From the IMG/VR virus record IMGVR_UViG_3300025087_000051: DNA of 14,626 nt, one strand, 5' to 3'. This document shows, piece after piece, positions 6,410 through 13,668 of this stretch. Positions within the stretch are counted from its first letter, which is position 1, and every line of letters begins with the position of its first letter. The DNA is from a virus (lineage: Duplodnaviria; Heunggongvirae; Uroviricota; Caudoviricetes). The notes below the pieces were generated by a model, which ran no database searches, had not been told where the DNA came from, and saw only the letters and a list, made by a program, of their open reading frames with translations. A program made the translations under genes and the position numbers.

Positions 6410-8038
6410 GTGAGCGAAACAGTTGATAATCAAATTAAAGGCGAGGTTGGGTTAGAAGATGTTCTCAGTTCTAAGCCGCCAGGCTCGGTCGTTAAAGTTA
6501 ATACGGATGGTACGGTTGAAATTACATCCAAAGAGGGCAAGAAGAAAAAAAGAGAAGTAGAGGCCGAACAAGAATTTGATAATATATTAAAAGCATGGTC
6601 AAAAAATGTTGAACAAGTTGCAGAAATTTGGTTCTATCAGTGTTTGCGCAGTTCTTCCTTTGGTGTTCCTCAAACATTTGTGGGGACAGAACCGTTAGAA
6701 ACTTTTTTTGATGAAGATGGTGAAGAAGTTGAAAATATGGAGCGGTGGTTGGGGCAGAGAGCAGAGGGTGGATTTGCATATACGTGTCAATTACGAATAA
6801 ATGGAAAGCCTGTACCGAAGCAACCAGAACGAAAATATTATTATAAAGAGGATGGTGAAATATTTCGAGAGTTGGGTGGTTTTTGGGGAAATAACGAAAT
6901 GGATGTGAGAGATAAGAAGGGCAAAAATAATGATACAGAAGCGATACTTAGTCATGTTGATAAAACGAATCGAATAATAATGGACATGGCAGAGAACAAG
7001 AAAGAGTCGGTTGATCCGAATGTTATTCAAAGCTTAGTTAGTGCTGTTATAGCAAAGGATACGAAAAAAGATAATAATGATGGAATAGTTCCGGCTTTAA
7101 TGTCGGGATTTACCGCAATTATTCAAGCCGTTGCGGCCAAACCAACCGAACAAAAAAATGATAATGGCCTTTTTCTCGAAATGTTTCGTTCCGTATCGGA
7201 AGGAATGAAAGAGATGGGGCGGGGTACAAATGAATCTATTAACAAAATATCCCAGATGATGCTTGATATGAATCGCATGATGTTAGAGATGCAGACGAAA
7301 AGCATGGAGATGAGAAATAACGATAAGATCGAAACGATGAAGACGATGAATGAAATGCAGGAGAAAATGTTATTATTAGTTAGGGAGATAAAAGAAAAAG
7401 GTAGCGATAATTCTGCTATTGGTGGATTAGATCATGTGAATAAATTTCTCGATCAAGCGTTGAAAACCCAAAGCTTAATGTCTGGATTTAACGCTCAGTT
7501 AATGGGTGGCATGATGAATAGTTTTAAGGATAGTGTCTCCGTAATGAAAGATTTGAAAGATTTGAGGGGCGATGGAGAATCTGAAGAAAAGGAGTCTGAA
7601 ACCGTACTTGATAAAATAATCAATAAAGCTCCTGAGTATATGGAGGCTGGCGCAAAATTTATCGGTTCGATGCGTGGTAGTAATCAATTTCCTATAAATA
7701 ATAATATTCCTGATAATGATATAAGTGAAAAGGAGAACAGTGTGGTAAACGAAAATATTCAAGACGTACCAAGAAATGATGAAATGACTGAGAAAGAATT
7801 ATTAAATGATATTATAGAAGATATTATGGGTTATCTCGAAGATAAAAAGTCACACGAAGAAATAGCGGGTGAGGTCGTTGGTTTATACAGTGGTTATAAA
7901 GATAAATTAATAAGCATATTGAATAAGAATAAAGATGAATTGATGGCAATATTGAATAAAGAAAATCTTAACAGTATTGTTAGTAATTTCGGAGTAATGA
8001 AAAGTATATTGGGGTTAATTAAGAAGAAATTAATATAA
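6410..8038 (+). CDS. Large protein with globular N-terminus, Met-rich coiled-coil middle and helical C-terminus, 542 aa
   Basis: GTG start after GGAG; long ORF; 15 Met in one 64-residue stretch; no catalytic motif recognised. Confidence 0.9.
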   Translation: MSETVDNQIKGEVGLEDVLSSKPPGSVVKVNTDGTVEITSKEGKKKKREVEAEQEFDNILKAWSKNVEQVAEIWFYQCLRSSSFGVPQTFVGTEPLETFFDEDGEEVENMERWLGQRAEGGFAYTCQLRINGKPVPKQPERKYYYKEDGEIFRELGGFWGNNEMDVRDKKGKNNDTEAILSHVDKTNRIIMDMAENKKESVDPNVIQSLVSAVIAKDTKKDNNDGIVPALMSGFTAIIQAVAAKPTEQKNDNGLFLEMFRSVSEGMKEMGRGTNESINKISQMMLDMNRMMLEMQTKSMEMRNNDKIETMKTMNEMQEKMLLLVREIKEKGSDNSAIGGLDHVNKFLDQALKTQSLMSGFNAQLMGGMMNSFKDSVSVMKDLKDLRGDGESEEKESETVLDKIINKAPEYMEAGAKFIGSMRGSNQFPINNNIPDNDISEKENSVVNENIQDVPRNDEMTEKELLNDIIEDIMGYLEDKKSHEEIAGEVVGLYSGYKDKLISILNKNKDELMAILNKENLNSIVSNFGVMKSILGLIKKKLI

Positions 8039-8048
8039 GGAGTGTTTT

Positions 8049-8315
8049 GTGAGCGACGAATTGAAACCAGTAATAGCAGTAGAGGTTGTTGGTAGTGTAG
8101 GTTTTGAAGAAATGTGTAAAGAGTATTTCGATTCTGGTTATATTATGTCTTCTTCCAATTGTTTCATTTTGCCAGAAATGATGCATTTCCAAACAAAATA
8201 TGTTGCTGTTTTTGTATTGCCTGAAGTTTTGGGAGTTGATATGGATGATTGTTTTGAATGTGATAAAGAGGATGAAGGCGATGAGTGGAAAAAAGGTAAA
8301 AAAGAAGAAAATTAA
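8049..8315 (+). CDS. Small acidic protein (loose DUF1737-like pattern), 88 aa
   Basis: AAGGAG SD, GTG start; FEEMCKEYFDSGY...YVAVFV pattern, recognised by eye only. Confidence 0.75.
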   Translation: MSDELKPVIAVEVVGSVGFEEMCKEYFDSGYIMSSSNCFILPEMMHFQTKYVAVFVLPEVLGVDMDDCFECDKEDEGDEWKKGKKEEN

Positions 8316-8409
8316 TACGAAAAAATATAGTCACGAATATGATGATGATTGTATTTGTTCAAAGTGCAGAAACAGATTCAATAAAGTTTTGTTTGGTCTA
8401 TTAAAATAA
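8281..8409 (+). CDS. Possible 42-aa basic Cys-containing microprotein (MSGKKVKKKKIN...CICSKC...LLK)
   Basis: Internal ATG of track ORF 8200..8409 with GAAGG upstream; CxCxxC. Confidence 0.4.
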   Translation: MSGKKVKKKKINTKKYSHEYDDDCICSKCRNRFNKVLFGLLK

Positions 8410-8445
8410 CTAAGGTGTGGGATTTTATATATTTTAAAATTCTTA

Positions 8446-8474
8446 TTGACAAATGACAACGAATATGATAGAGA
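8446..8474 (+). promoter_or_regulatory. Possible sigma70 promoter (perfect -35 TTGACA, weak -10)
   Basis: TTGACA 8446-8451 in an AT-rich gap, with upstream context resembling the 1334 promoter; -10 at 17 nt is TG-n-TAGAGA, lacking the final T. Confidence 0.35.
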
Positions 8475-8665
8475 ATAGCACAGATAATTTCTTATTTGAT
8501 GACGAATATAAAAAATTCGAGAAAACCTTAAAGATTTGGTATTTAAGATTTGTAAAAAACACAACAAATGTTTGCGATCCAAATACTAAAGTTTCAATAA
8601 CATTAACGGCAAATCCGGCAGGTAAATACGTAGGAAAAGAAGTTAAGCTGAATGATAATAATTAA
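8453..8665 (+). CDS. Hypothetical protein, 70 aa
   Basis: ORF track; protein-like composition, but no SD, and the start overlaps the putative promoter. Confidence 0.5.
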   Translation: MTTNMIENSTDNFLFDDEYKKFEKTLKIWYLRFVKNTTNVCDPNTKVSITLTANPAGKYVGKEVKLNDNN

Positions 8666-8716
8666 AAATAAATAATAGTTACCAGTTGTTCCGTTAACAG
8701 GGTACTCGCACGAACG

Positions 8717-8753
8717 AACCCCTGAAAGTTTGATAACTTTCAGGGGTTTTTTT
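8717..8753 (+). terminator. Rho-independent terminator ending the early block
   Basis: Perfect 14-bp stem AACCCCTGAAAGTT/AACTTTCAGGGGTT, loop TGAT, T7 tract 8747-8753. Confidence 0.9.
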
Positions 8754-8756
8754 ATT

Positions 8757-8777
8757 GTCAAAAATTGGTCAAAAATT
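8757..8777. repeat. Tandem 10-bp direct repeat GTCAAAAATT x2 (11-bp period), candidate operator
   Basis: Exact copies at 8757-8766 and 8768-8777, overlapping a possible TTGTCA-16-TAATAT promoter upstream of the right-hand operon. Confidence 0.55.
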
Positions 8778-8827
8778 AATATTAAAATCTGATTTATTCA
8801 AATTTATATGAAAAGGAGAGGTAAGGA

Positions 8828-9445
8828 ATGAAGATAGGTAAAAAAGCGAAAGAAATGTTTAAAATTTTGGGGATTATTGGACTGTCTGCTTGTTTATTCG
8901 TTGGTAATCCATGTAAGGCTGCCGATATTACCCGTGCTACAATTAATATGCAAGACCCTAACGATCCGATGCGAATTGCCGACACGGATGCTTTTTACGT
9001 AGTTGATGTGTCTACGACAGGAACGAATACTACAAATAGTCATGTCGTCAAATTAAACAACATTGATGCGGTATTGCTACAACTTTCTGTAGCAGATATA
9101 ACGGTTGGTTCGGTTAGTTTTAGTCTTGAACAATCACTCGATGGTGTTACGTATGGTTCGGTAACTGCTTCTCAGATGATAAAACTAACAGACACTCTCA
9201 CGACTAGCACTGAATTTGGTTCTGATACTGTGGTATATTTTGCTGGTGATTATTTCGGTACTCATACAGTAACTTTTGGTACTACCACTGTTTACGGTTC
9301 TACAAGCGCAACAAATATTCATAGTTTTTACGCTGTCAGAACTATGGGTGATCGTTTAAGAATTGGTTGTAACCATGTATTGACCGGTACTGATACTGGT
9401 ACTTACAAAGTTGTAATTAAGAAAAGTACAAAAGGTAAACTCTAA
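8828..9445 (+). CDS. Exported beta-rich protein (jelly-roll/spike-like), 205 aa
   Basis: AAGGAGAGG SD; signal peptide (basic n-region, hydrophobic core, CKA|AD); Thr/Val-rich beta pattern with SLEQSLDGVTY. Confidence 0.85.
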   Translation: MKIGKKAKEMFKILGIIGLSACLFVGNPCKAADITRATINMQDPNDPMRIADTDAFYVVDVSTTGTNTTNSHVVKLNNIDAVLLQLSVADITVGSVSFSLEQSLDGVTYGSVTASQMIKLTDTLTTSTEFGSDTVVYFAGDYFGTHTVTFGTTTVYGSTSATNIHSFYAVRTMGDRLRIGCNHVLTGTDTGTYKVVIKKSTKGKL

Positions 9446-9494
9446 TTAATATACTTACATACATTCCTTGATTAATTTTTGGAGATAAAACAAA

Positions 9495-10073
9495 ATGTTA
9501 AAAATCATTAGAAACAAAAATGTAAAATATATCCATACCGAAAATATTAAATATGTCATAGAAAATGCTGAGGGATATTTGGTTTGTATCTCTACGGGCA
9601 AAGAGCAGGTAAAAAAGGATGAATTTGATCTTGAAAAATCAAAATTGAAAAAGTGCGGAGATACTCATTACAACACTGATTATGTTTGCGATGTAGAAGT
9701 AGTAAAGGATCGTACCGCATTTGTCGTTTCGACCAATAATGAAACTGGCAAAAGATTTATCGCTACGGGCGATTTGAAAAATTTGATCGATGGTTTCTAC
9801 GAAGTAAATCGTAACGATGGTACTTCCGTATACATAAATCCTGACAATGTTCATGTTGTGGAGAAGCCATACATTACAGTAACGGCAAAGATAATGAATA
9901 ATGGCGTTATTACAGAAGTTCCAATCGAAGCCGGTGATCAAGTTACGAGTTGTACCGTAACGGCTGTTGGTGGCAAGAAGTTTAAATTCGATGCGCAAGA
10001 AGCGGTACAACTATTATCTTACTATAAAGAAGAAGCAGTTCCGGCTAAAAAGAAAACACCGCCTCCTGCATAA
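9495..10073 (+). CDS. Protein with three LytTR/FlbD-like repeats, 192 aa
   Basis: Repeats YIHTENIKYV / HYNTDYVCDV / YINPDNVHVV, each followed by a beta-hairpin and TGK/GGK; GGAG SD. Confidence 0.85.
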   Translation: MLKIIRNKNVKYIHTENIKYVIENAEGYLVCISTGKEQVKKDEFDLEKSKLKKCGDTHYNTDYVCDVEVVKDRTAFVVSTNNETGKRFIATGDLKNLIDGFYEVNRNDGTSVYINPDNVHVVEKPYITVTAKIMNNGVITEVPIEAGDQVTSCTVTAVGGKKFKFDAQEAVQLLSYYKEEAVPAKKKTPPPA

Positions 10074-11149
10074 TGAATAATAAGCAACTGGTCGCCAAAT
10101 TATTAGAGGAGCAAAGTTCAGGAAGCGACAGAGACAATGATGTTGTGATTGGAAAGATGAGGGCTGTGACTGGTAATTTATTCAAGCGATATAATGTACC
10201 TGAATTTGATTATCAGTCTGAACTTGAAACTTTGAGCCATGCGCTTTCAGATGAAGATAATTACATAAAGGCTAGAAATCTTGTCGGTAAGTCGGTTGAT
10301 TTTACAGATGATGATAGGGTTGACAGACCAGTAATTATCGGTGCTTTTGCTCTTGCGCTTGGAAATAATATTCGGATCGGTGGTAATATTGATAATCCTT
10401 TTATTGTTCAATATATAGAAAAGGATTTCGCCGCTAAAAGCGGTATATCAAATTTTGAAATGGTTGATGGCTTGGGGTCTTGGGTAGTTGTTGGAAAATC
10501 AAGTAGTTATTGGGATGGATATGGTGGGATAGACGTAGAAAAACAGATTAATCTTAATCGTACTTCTAACGCTAATCGAGAAGAAATACATAGCGGGTCA
10601 AAAGGCATAGAAACAACTGCTAAAAAAATGAAAAGTATTACTCAGCAGTATTTGAGTGATGATTATTTTGCAAATGATAGAAAATTGTTACACGGTTGGG
10701 CAAGAAATGTATTAAGAGAAAAGGGTGTATCGAATCGGGGAAATTACATGAAAGTGTTTGCAGACAAATTAACTGATAAAAATGTTGTACGATACATGAA
10801 AGACCCTCTTTATCTAAAACATGAAAGGATTGATAGTCGTGAATGGTTGCAAGTTCCTGGAAGAATTCTCGATTATGGCATAGGAGATTGTGACGATCTC
10901 TCATTGTGTATTGGGCTATTGGCTGGACTGTCTGGATTGGGATTAACGTATAGAGTTGCGGGGTGTGCGCCGAAAAAACCAAAGGCGTATTCACACGTTT
11001 ATGATATTATACATTACGGAAATAGTGGCGGCGTTGATGGGTTTACAGGCTCAAAAGACGTAGTGATTGATATAGTTTATCAAAAAAGAGGTGGGACTTT
11101 TGGAAAAGAACCTAAAAAGTTTAAGTTTTTCGATACAAGAGTGTTATAA
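10073..11149 (+). CDS. Transglutaminase-like cysteine protease/transglutaminase with long N-terminal extension, 358 aa
   Basis: VRYMKDP...E...P..IL...GDCDD (C273), YSHVY (H308), VIDIV (D333): C-H-D triad order of the transglutaminase-like superfamily; TAATG coupling. Confidence 0.9.
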   Translation: MNNKQLVAKLLEEQSSGSDRDNDVVIGKMRAVTGNLFKRYNVPEFDYQSELETLSHALSDEDNYIKARNLVGKSVDFTDDDRVDRPVIIGAFALALGNNIRIGGNIDNPFIVQYIEKDFAAKSGISNFEMVDGLGSWVVVGKSSSYWDGYGGIDVEKQINLNRTSNANREEIHSGSKGIETTAKKMKSITQQYLSDDYFANDRKLLHGWARNVLREKGVSNRGNYMKVFADKLTDKNVVRYMKDPLYLKHERIDSREWLQVPGRILDYGIGDCDDLSLCIGLLAGLSGLGLTYRVAGCAPKKPKAYSHVYDIIHYGNSGGVDGFTGSKDVVIDIVYQKRGGTFGKEPKKFKFFDTRVL

Positions 11150-11164
11150 ATAAAAAACTAGCAA

Positions 11165-11350
11165 ATGAAAACAAGAAAAAATTATTATCCAGACGAGTAC
11201 AGGGAGGAATATGAAACAGGAAGCAATGTCGGTCATGATGTTTATTACTCTTCTTTAATGTCTTATGATAATACACTGAAGTATTTGGATGGTTTTATTG
11301 CTGGATATAAGAACATTTTAAAGAAAAATAAACATCGGTGGGGTGTGTAA
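11165..11350 (+). CDS. Small Tyr-rich hypothetical protein, 61 aa
   Basis: ORF track; YLDGFIAGY helix; weak SD. Confidence 0.6.
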   Translation: MKTRKNYYPDEYREEYETGSNVGHDVYYSSLMSYDNTLKYLDGFIAGYKNILKKNKHRWGV

Positions 11351-11389
11351 GCAATAAGCAAAACGGTTGCGGGTAGCTCCCCTAACTGT

Positions 11390-11461
11390 CCAACAAGTAA
11401 ATAAAAGCCAGAATTATCTCTAACTGTCTGGCGGTTAGAGGTTTTCTGGCTTTTTTGTTGG
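11390..11461 (+). terminator. Long compound hairpin with U-tract (terminator/attenuator)
   Basis: AAAAGCCAGAA 11403-11413 / TTCTGGCTTTT 11444-11454, inner ATCTCTAAC/GTTAGAGGT, outer CCAACAA/TTGTTGG; T6 at 11451-11456. Confidence 0.7.
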
Positions 11462-11504
11462 CTTAAGAATTAAATTAAACGAATCAGAATCAGGAGAATA
11501 AATA

Positions 11505-12377
11505 ATGATTGGACAATTACTATCACTTGGCGCATTGGCGATTGGATTATCAGCACTTGGCAAAAAAGGAGGTGGAGGGGGTGGAGGTAGGGGTGGTAGT
11601 AGACCGTCAAGGCCTGCATCGAGACCTGCATCGAGACCATCAAGACCTGCAAGACCATCAAAATCATCCAGCAGTTCTGCTAAAAAATCTGCGGCAAGAC
11701 AGGCAAAGTCATCGGCTAAAACTGTAAAAGCTGCTAAAACAAGGGCTGTTAAGGCTGTTAAAGCTATCAAGGCTGCACAAAAGAAACAGGCAAAGAGTAC
11801 GAAGAAACAATTAAAAACTACTCTGAAACAAAGAGGTAAATTACTTAAATCAACAGTAAGACAAAGGAAAAAATTAACTACTTCATTAGATAAGGAACAA
11901 AAGAAAAGAATTAAACAGGGGTTGGTCGTTGCTAAGAAAAAGAAAAGGATTGATACTCTGAAAGAAAAGATCAAAAAGGAGAAGCCTGAGAAAGTAAAAG
12001 ATACGGCGGTAGACGAGAAGAAAGAAACGAAGGAAAAGGAAACGGAAGAAACGAAAGAATTGGAATCTGGAACGGACACAGATACGAGTACTGATACGGA
12101 TAGCGGGCAAGAAACGAGTTATGACGAAGGAACAGACTCCGGTAGCGAAGAAGAGACAAGTTATGACGAAAGGACTGATTCTGGTTCTGAATCGGAAGAT
12201 AGTGGATATGAAGAGGAAGAATCGGAAGAGACAGAAGAAGAATATGAAGATGAAAGCGAAGATGAAGACATAGACGAAGAAGAAGAGGAGGAGGAGGAGG
12301 AGGAGGAAGAAAATGAAACGGAAGAAGAGGACAATTATAACTATACGGAAGAAGGCGAAGAAGACGAAACTGTTTAA
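11505..12377 (+). CDS. Bipolar low-complexity protein: hydrophobic N-terminus, Gly run, RPS/RPA repeats, H1-like Lys/Ala region, Asp/Glu-rich tail, 290 aa
   Basis: CAGGAG SD; composition read directly from the translation. Confidence 0.9.
   Translation: MIGQLLSLGALAIGLSALGKKGGGGGGGRGGSRPSRPASRPASRPSRPARPSKSSSSSAKKSAARQAKSSAKTVKAAKTRAVKAVKAIKAAQKKQAKSTKKQLKTTLKQRGKLLKSTVRQRKKLTTSLDKEQKKRIKQGLVVAKKKKRIDTLKEKIKKEKPEKVKDTAVDEKKETKEKETEETKELESGTDTDTSTDTDSGQETSYDEGTDSGSEEETSYDERTDSGSESEDSGYEEEESEETEEEYEDESEDEDIDEEEEEEEEEEEENETEEEDNYNYTEEGEEDETV
11601..11660 (+). repeat. Coding tandem repeat RPS-RPAS-RPAS-RPS-RPA-RPS
   Basis: CCTGCATCGAGA x2 within degenerate 9/12-nt units. Confidence 0.8.
12096..12191 (+). 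repeat. Coding acidic repeat TDSG(Q/SEE)ETSYDE(G/R) x2.5
   Basis: AGTTATGACGAA occurs twice; three TDSG units. Confidence 0.75.
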
Positions 12378-12387
12378 GGAGTAGAAA

Positions 12388-13089
12388 ATGTTTGATTCGA
12401 TTCTCGGAAGTCTTTTCGGTAATAAAAAAACAGAAACGAAAAAAGCTGTATCGAGCAATGTTTTGAATCGAATCAAAAGAAGAAAATTAATCATTCAAAA
12501 ATTTAAAAATATTAATCCGAATGATAATTCAAAAAGAGCAAAAACGGCAAAGGAATTATTAAGTGTTTCGAAAACAGAGGGAGAACGAAAAGCTGCCCGC
12601 AAGTTTTATAAGGATGAAACAACACTTAGTAATCTAAAGAACAAGATTAAAAGTTCTGATTCTATAAACGAGAAATTAAGTCTGGCCAGGCAAGGAAAAA
12701 GATTAGCGACCAAACAACAAAAGGAATTTTGGGAAAATCTTATAAACAAGTTGCAGAAACGAAAACAAGCCAGAACTAGCGCAATAGAAAGTAGAAAAGA
12801 AGCATTGGTTATTACTGATACGAGTAAAGAACAAGACAAAGAAGAAGATAAAGATATGGAAATCGAAGAAAAACAGGAACAAAGCATTGAAGAAAACGAA
12901 TCAGGAGAAGATACAGACAATGATTCTGATAATGATATAGAAGAGACGGAAGAAGAAGAGGAAGAGGAAGAAGAAGAGGAAGAAATAGAAGAACAAGAAG
13001 AAGATGATAACGAAGATATGGATGGAAAAGAAGAGGAAGAACGAGACGATACTTTAGGAAATGATATAAACGATAAAGATGAAAACTAA
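12388..13089 (+). CDS. Bipolar protein: amphipathic N-terminus, basic helical region, Asp/Glu-rich tail, 233 aa
   Basis: AAGGAG SD; MFDSILGSLFG start; K/R-rich to about residue 135, then D/E-rich. Confidence 0.9.
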   Translation: MFDSILGSLFGNKKTETKKAVSSNVLNRIKRRKLIIQKFKNINPNDNSKRAKTAKELLSVSKTEGERKAARKFYKDETTLSNLKNKIKSSDSINEKLSLARQGKRLATKQQKEFWENLINKLQKRKQARTSAIESRKEALVITDTSKEQDKEEDKDMEIEEKQEQSIEENESGEDTDNDSDNDIEETEEEEEEEEEEEEIEEQEEDDNEDMDGKEEEERDDTLGNDINDKDEN

Positions 13090-13111
13090 AATTCAACATA
13101 AGGAATAATCA

Positions 13112-13393
13112 ATGGCAAGTATTGAAGCTGGCAGTAAACAAATAAGTGAAGGGTTGAAAAAAGGTACAGATATTTTAACGAATCTTTTCGATTCAGTAAA
13201 AAAAATAGTTCCTGACAGTGGCTATTCCGCTTCTAAACCTATAAAGAGTGGTGAGACGGTCGAGATACGAGCTGGCGAGAAAAGCACAAAAAGCTCTGGT
13301 GGTTTTTTGGAAAAAATTATGAATAAAAAAGTTCTCGTTCCGATATTGGTGATTGCTGGAATTTATTTTGGTCTTAAAAAATTAACAAGATAA
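13112..13393 (+). CDS. Small C-terminally membrane-anchored protein, 93 aa
   Basis: AAGGA SD; KKVLVPILVIAGIYFGLKKLTR is a short TM segment flanked by Lys. Confidence 0.85.
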   Translation: MASIEAGSKQISEGLKKGTDILTNLFDSVKKIVPDSGYSASKPIKSGETVEIRAGEKSTKSSGGFLEKIMNKKVLVPILVIAGIYFGLKKLTR

Positions 13394-13406
13394 AAAAGAA
13401 AAAAAT

Positions 13407-13646
13407 ATGAAATGGTATGTTGGAGTGCAAAAACCTTACAGTAGTCCCCGTGTTGGTATTGTATTTCCATATAGTGGAAAAGTAACCGAAAAGAAATTTG
13501 GAGAATTAATAGGATATGTTTTTGGTGGATACGGTTCTAAAAAAGAAGCATGGAATGTTGCAATGTATCAAGGATTTATTCCAGTTTCAAAAACGTATAG
13601 ACAGGTGAAAAGTGCAATTACAAATAAACAATATTTTTTAGCGTAA
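13407..13646 (+). CDS. Hypothetical protein, 79 aa
   Basis: ORF track; aromatic/Gly-rich; no SD (A-rich leader). Confidence 0.7.
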   Translation: MKWYVGVQKPYSSPRVGIVFPYSGKVTEKKFGELIGYVFGGYGSKKEAWNVAMYQGFIPVSKTYRQVKSAITNKQYFLA

Positions 13647-13668
13647 TTATTTTTTAAGGAGATTTATT

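Noticed and set aside
8677-8720. Second HDV-like, twister or hammerhead ribozyme
   Set aside because: Loop TCCGTTA lacks the conserved G and there is no P1.1 GG; no CUGAUGA/GAAA or twister core in any intergenic region.
11569-11598. G-rich stretch as a G-quadruplex
   Set aside because: Mostly GG tracts dictated by Gly codons.
855-11727. Other minus-strand and alternative-frame ORFs in the track (e.g. 855..1130, 5876..6433, 9639..10010, 10638..10994, 11470..11667)
   Set aside because: They overlap better-supported plus-strand genes; no SD or recognisable motifs.
12276-12311. (GAG)7 run creating tandem internal GGAGG motifs
   Set aside because: Explained by the poly-Glu tract; no downstream start codon suggesting use as an SD.
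11435-13099. Long minus-strand ORFs (214, 202, 104, 95 aa) rich in Phe/Leu/Ser
   Set aside because: Antisense shadows of the purine-rich low-complexity plus-strand genes; no SD, and they oppose the operon direction.
13407-13646. RNase H1 N-terminal (viroplasmin-like) domain from GYGSKKEAW
   Set aside because: Only a short fragment resembles the family; spacing of the rest does not fit by eye.
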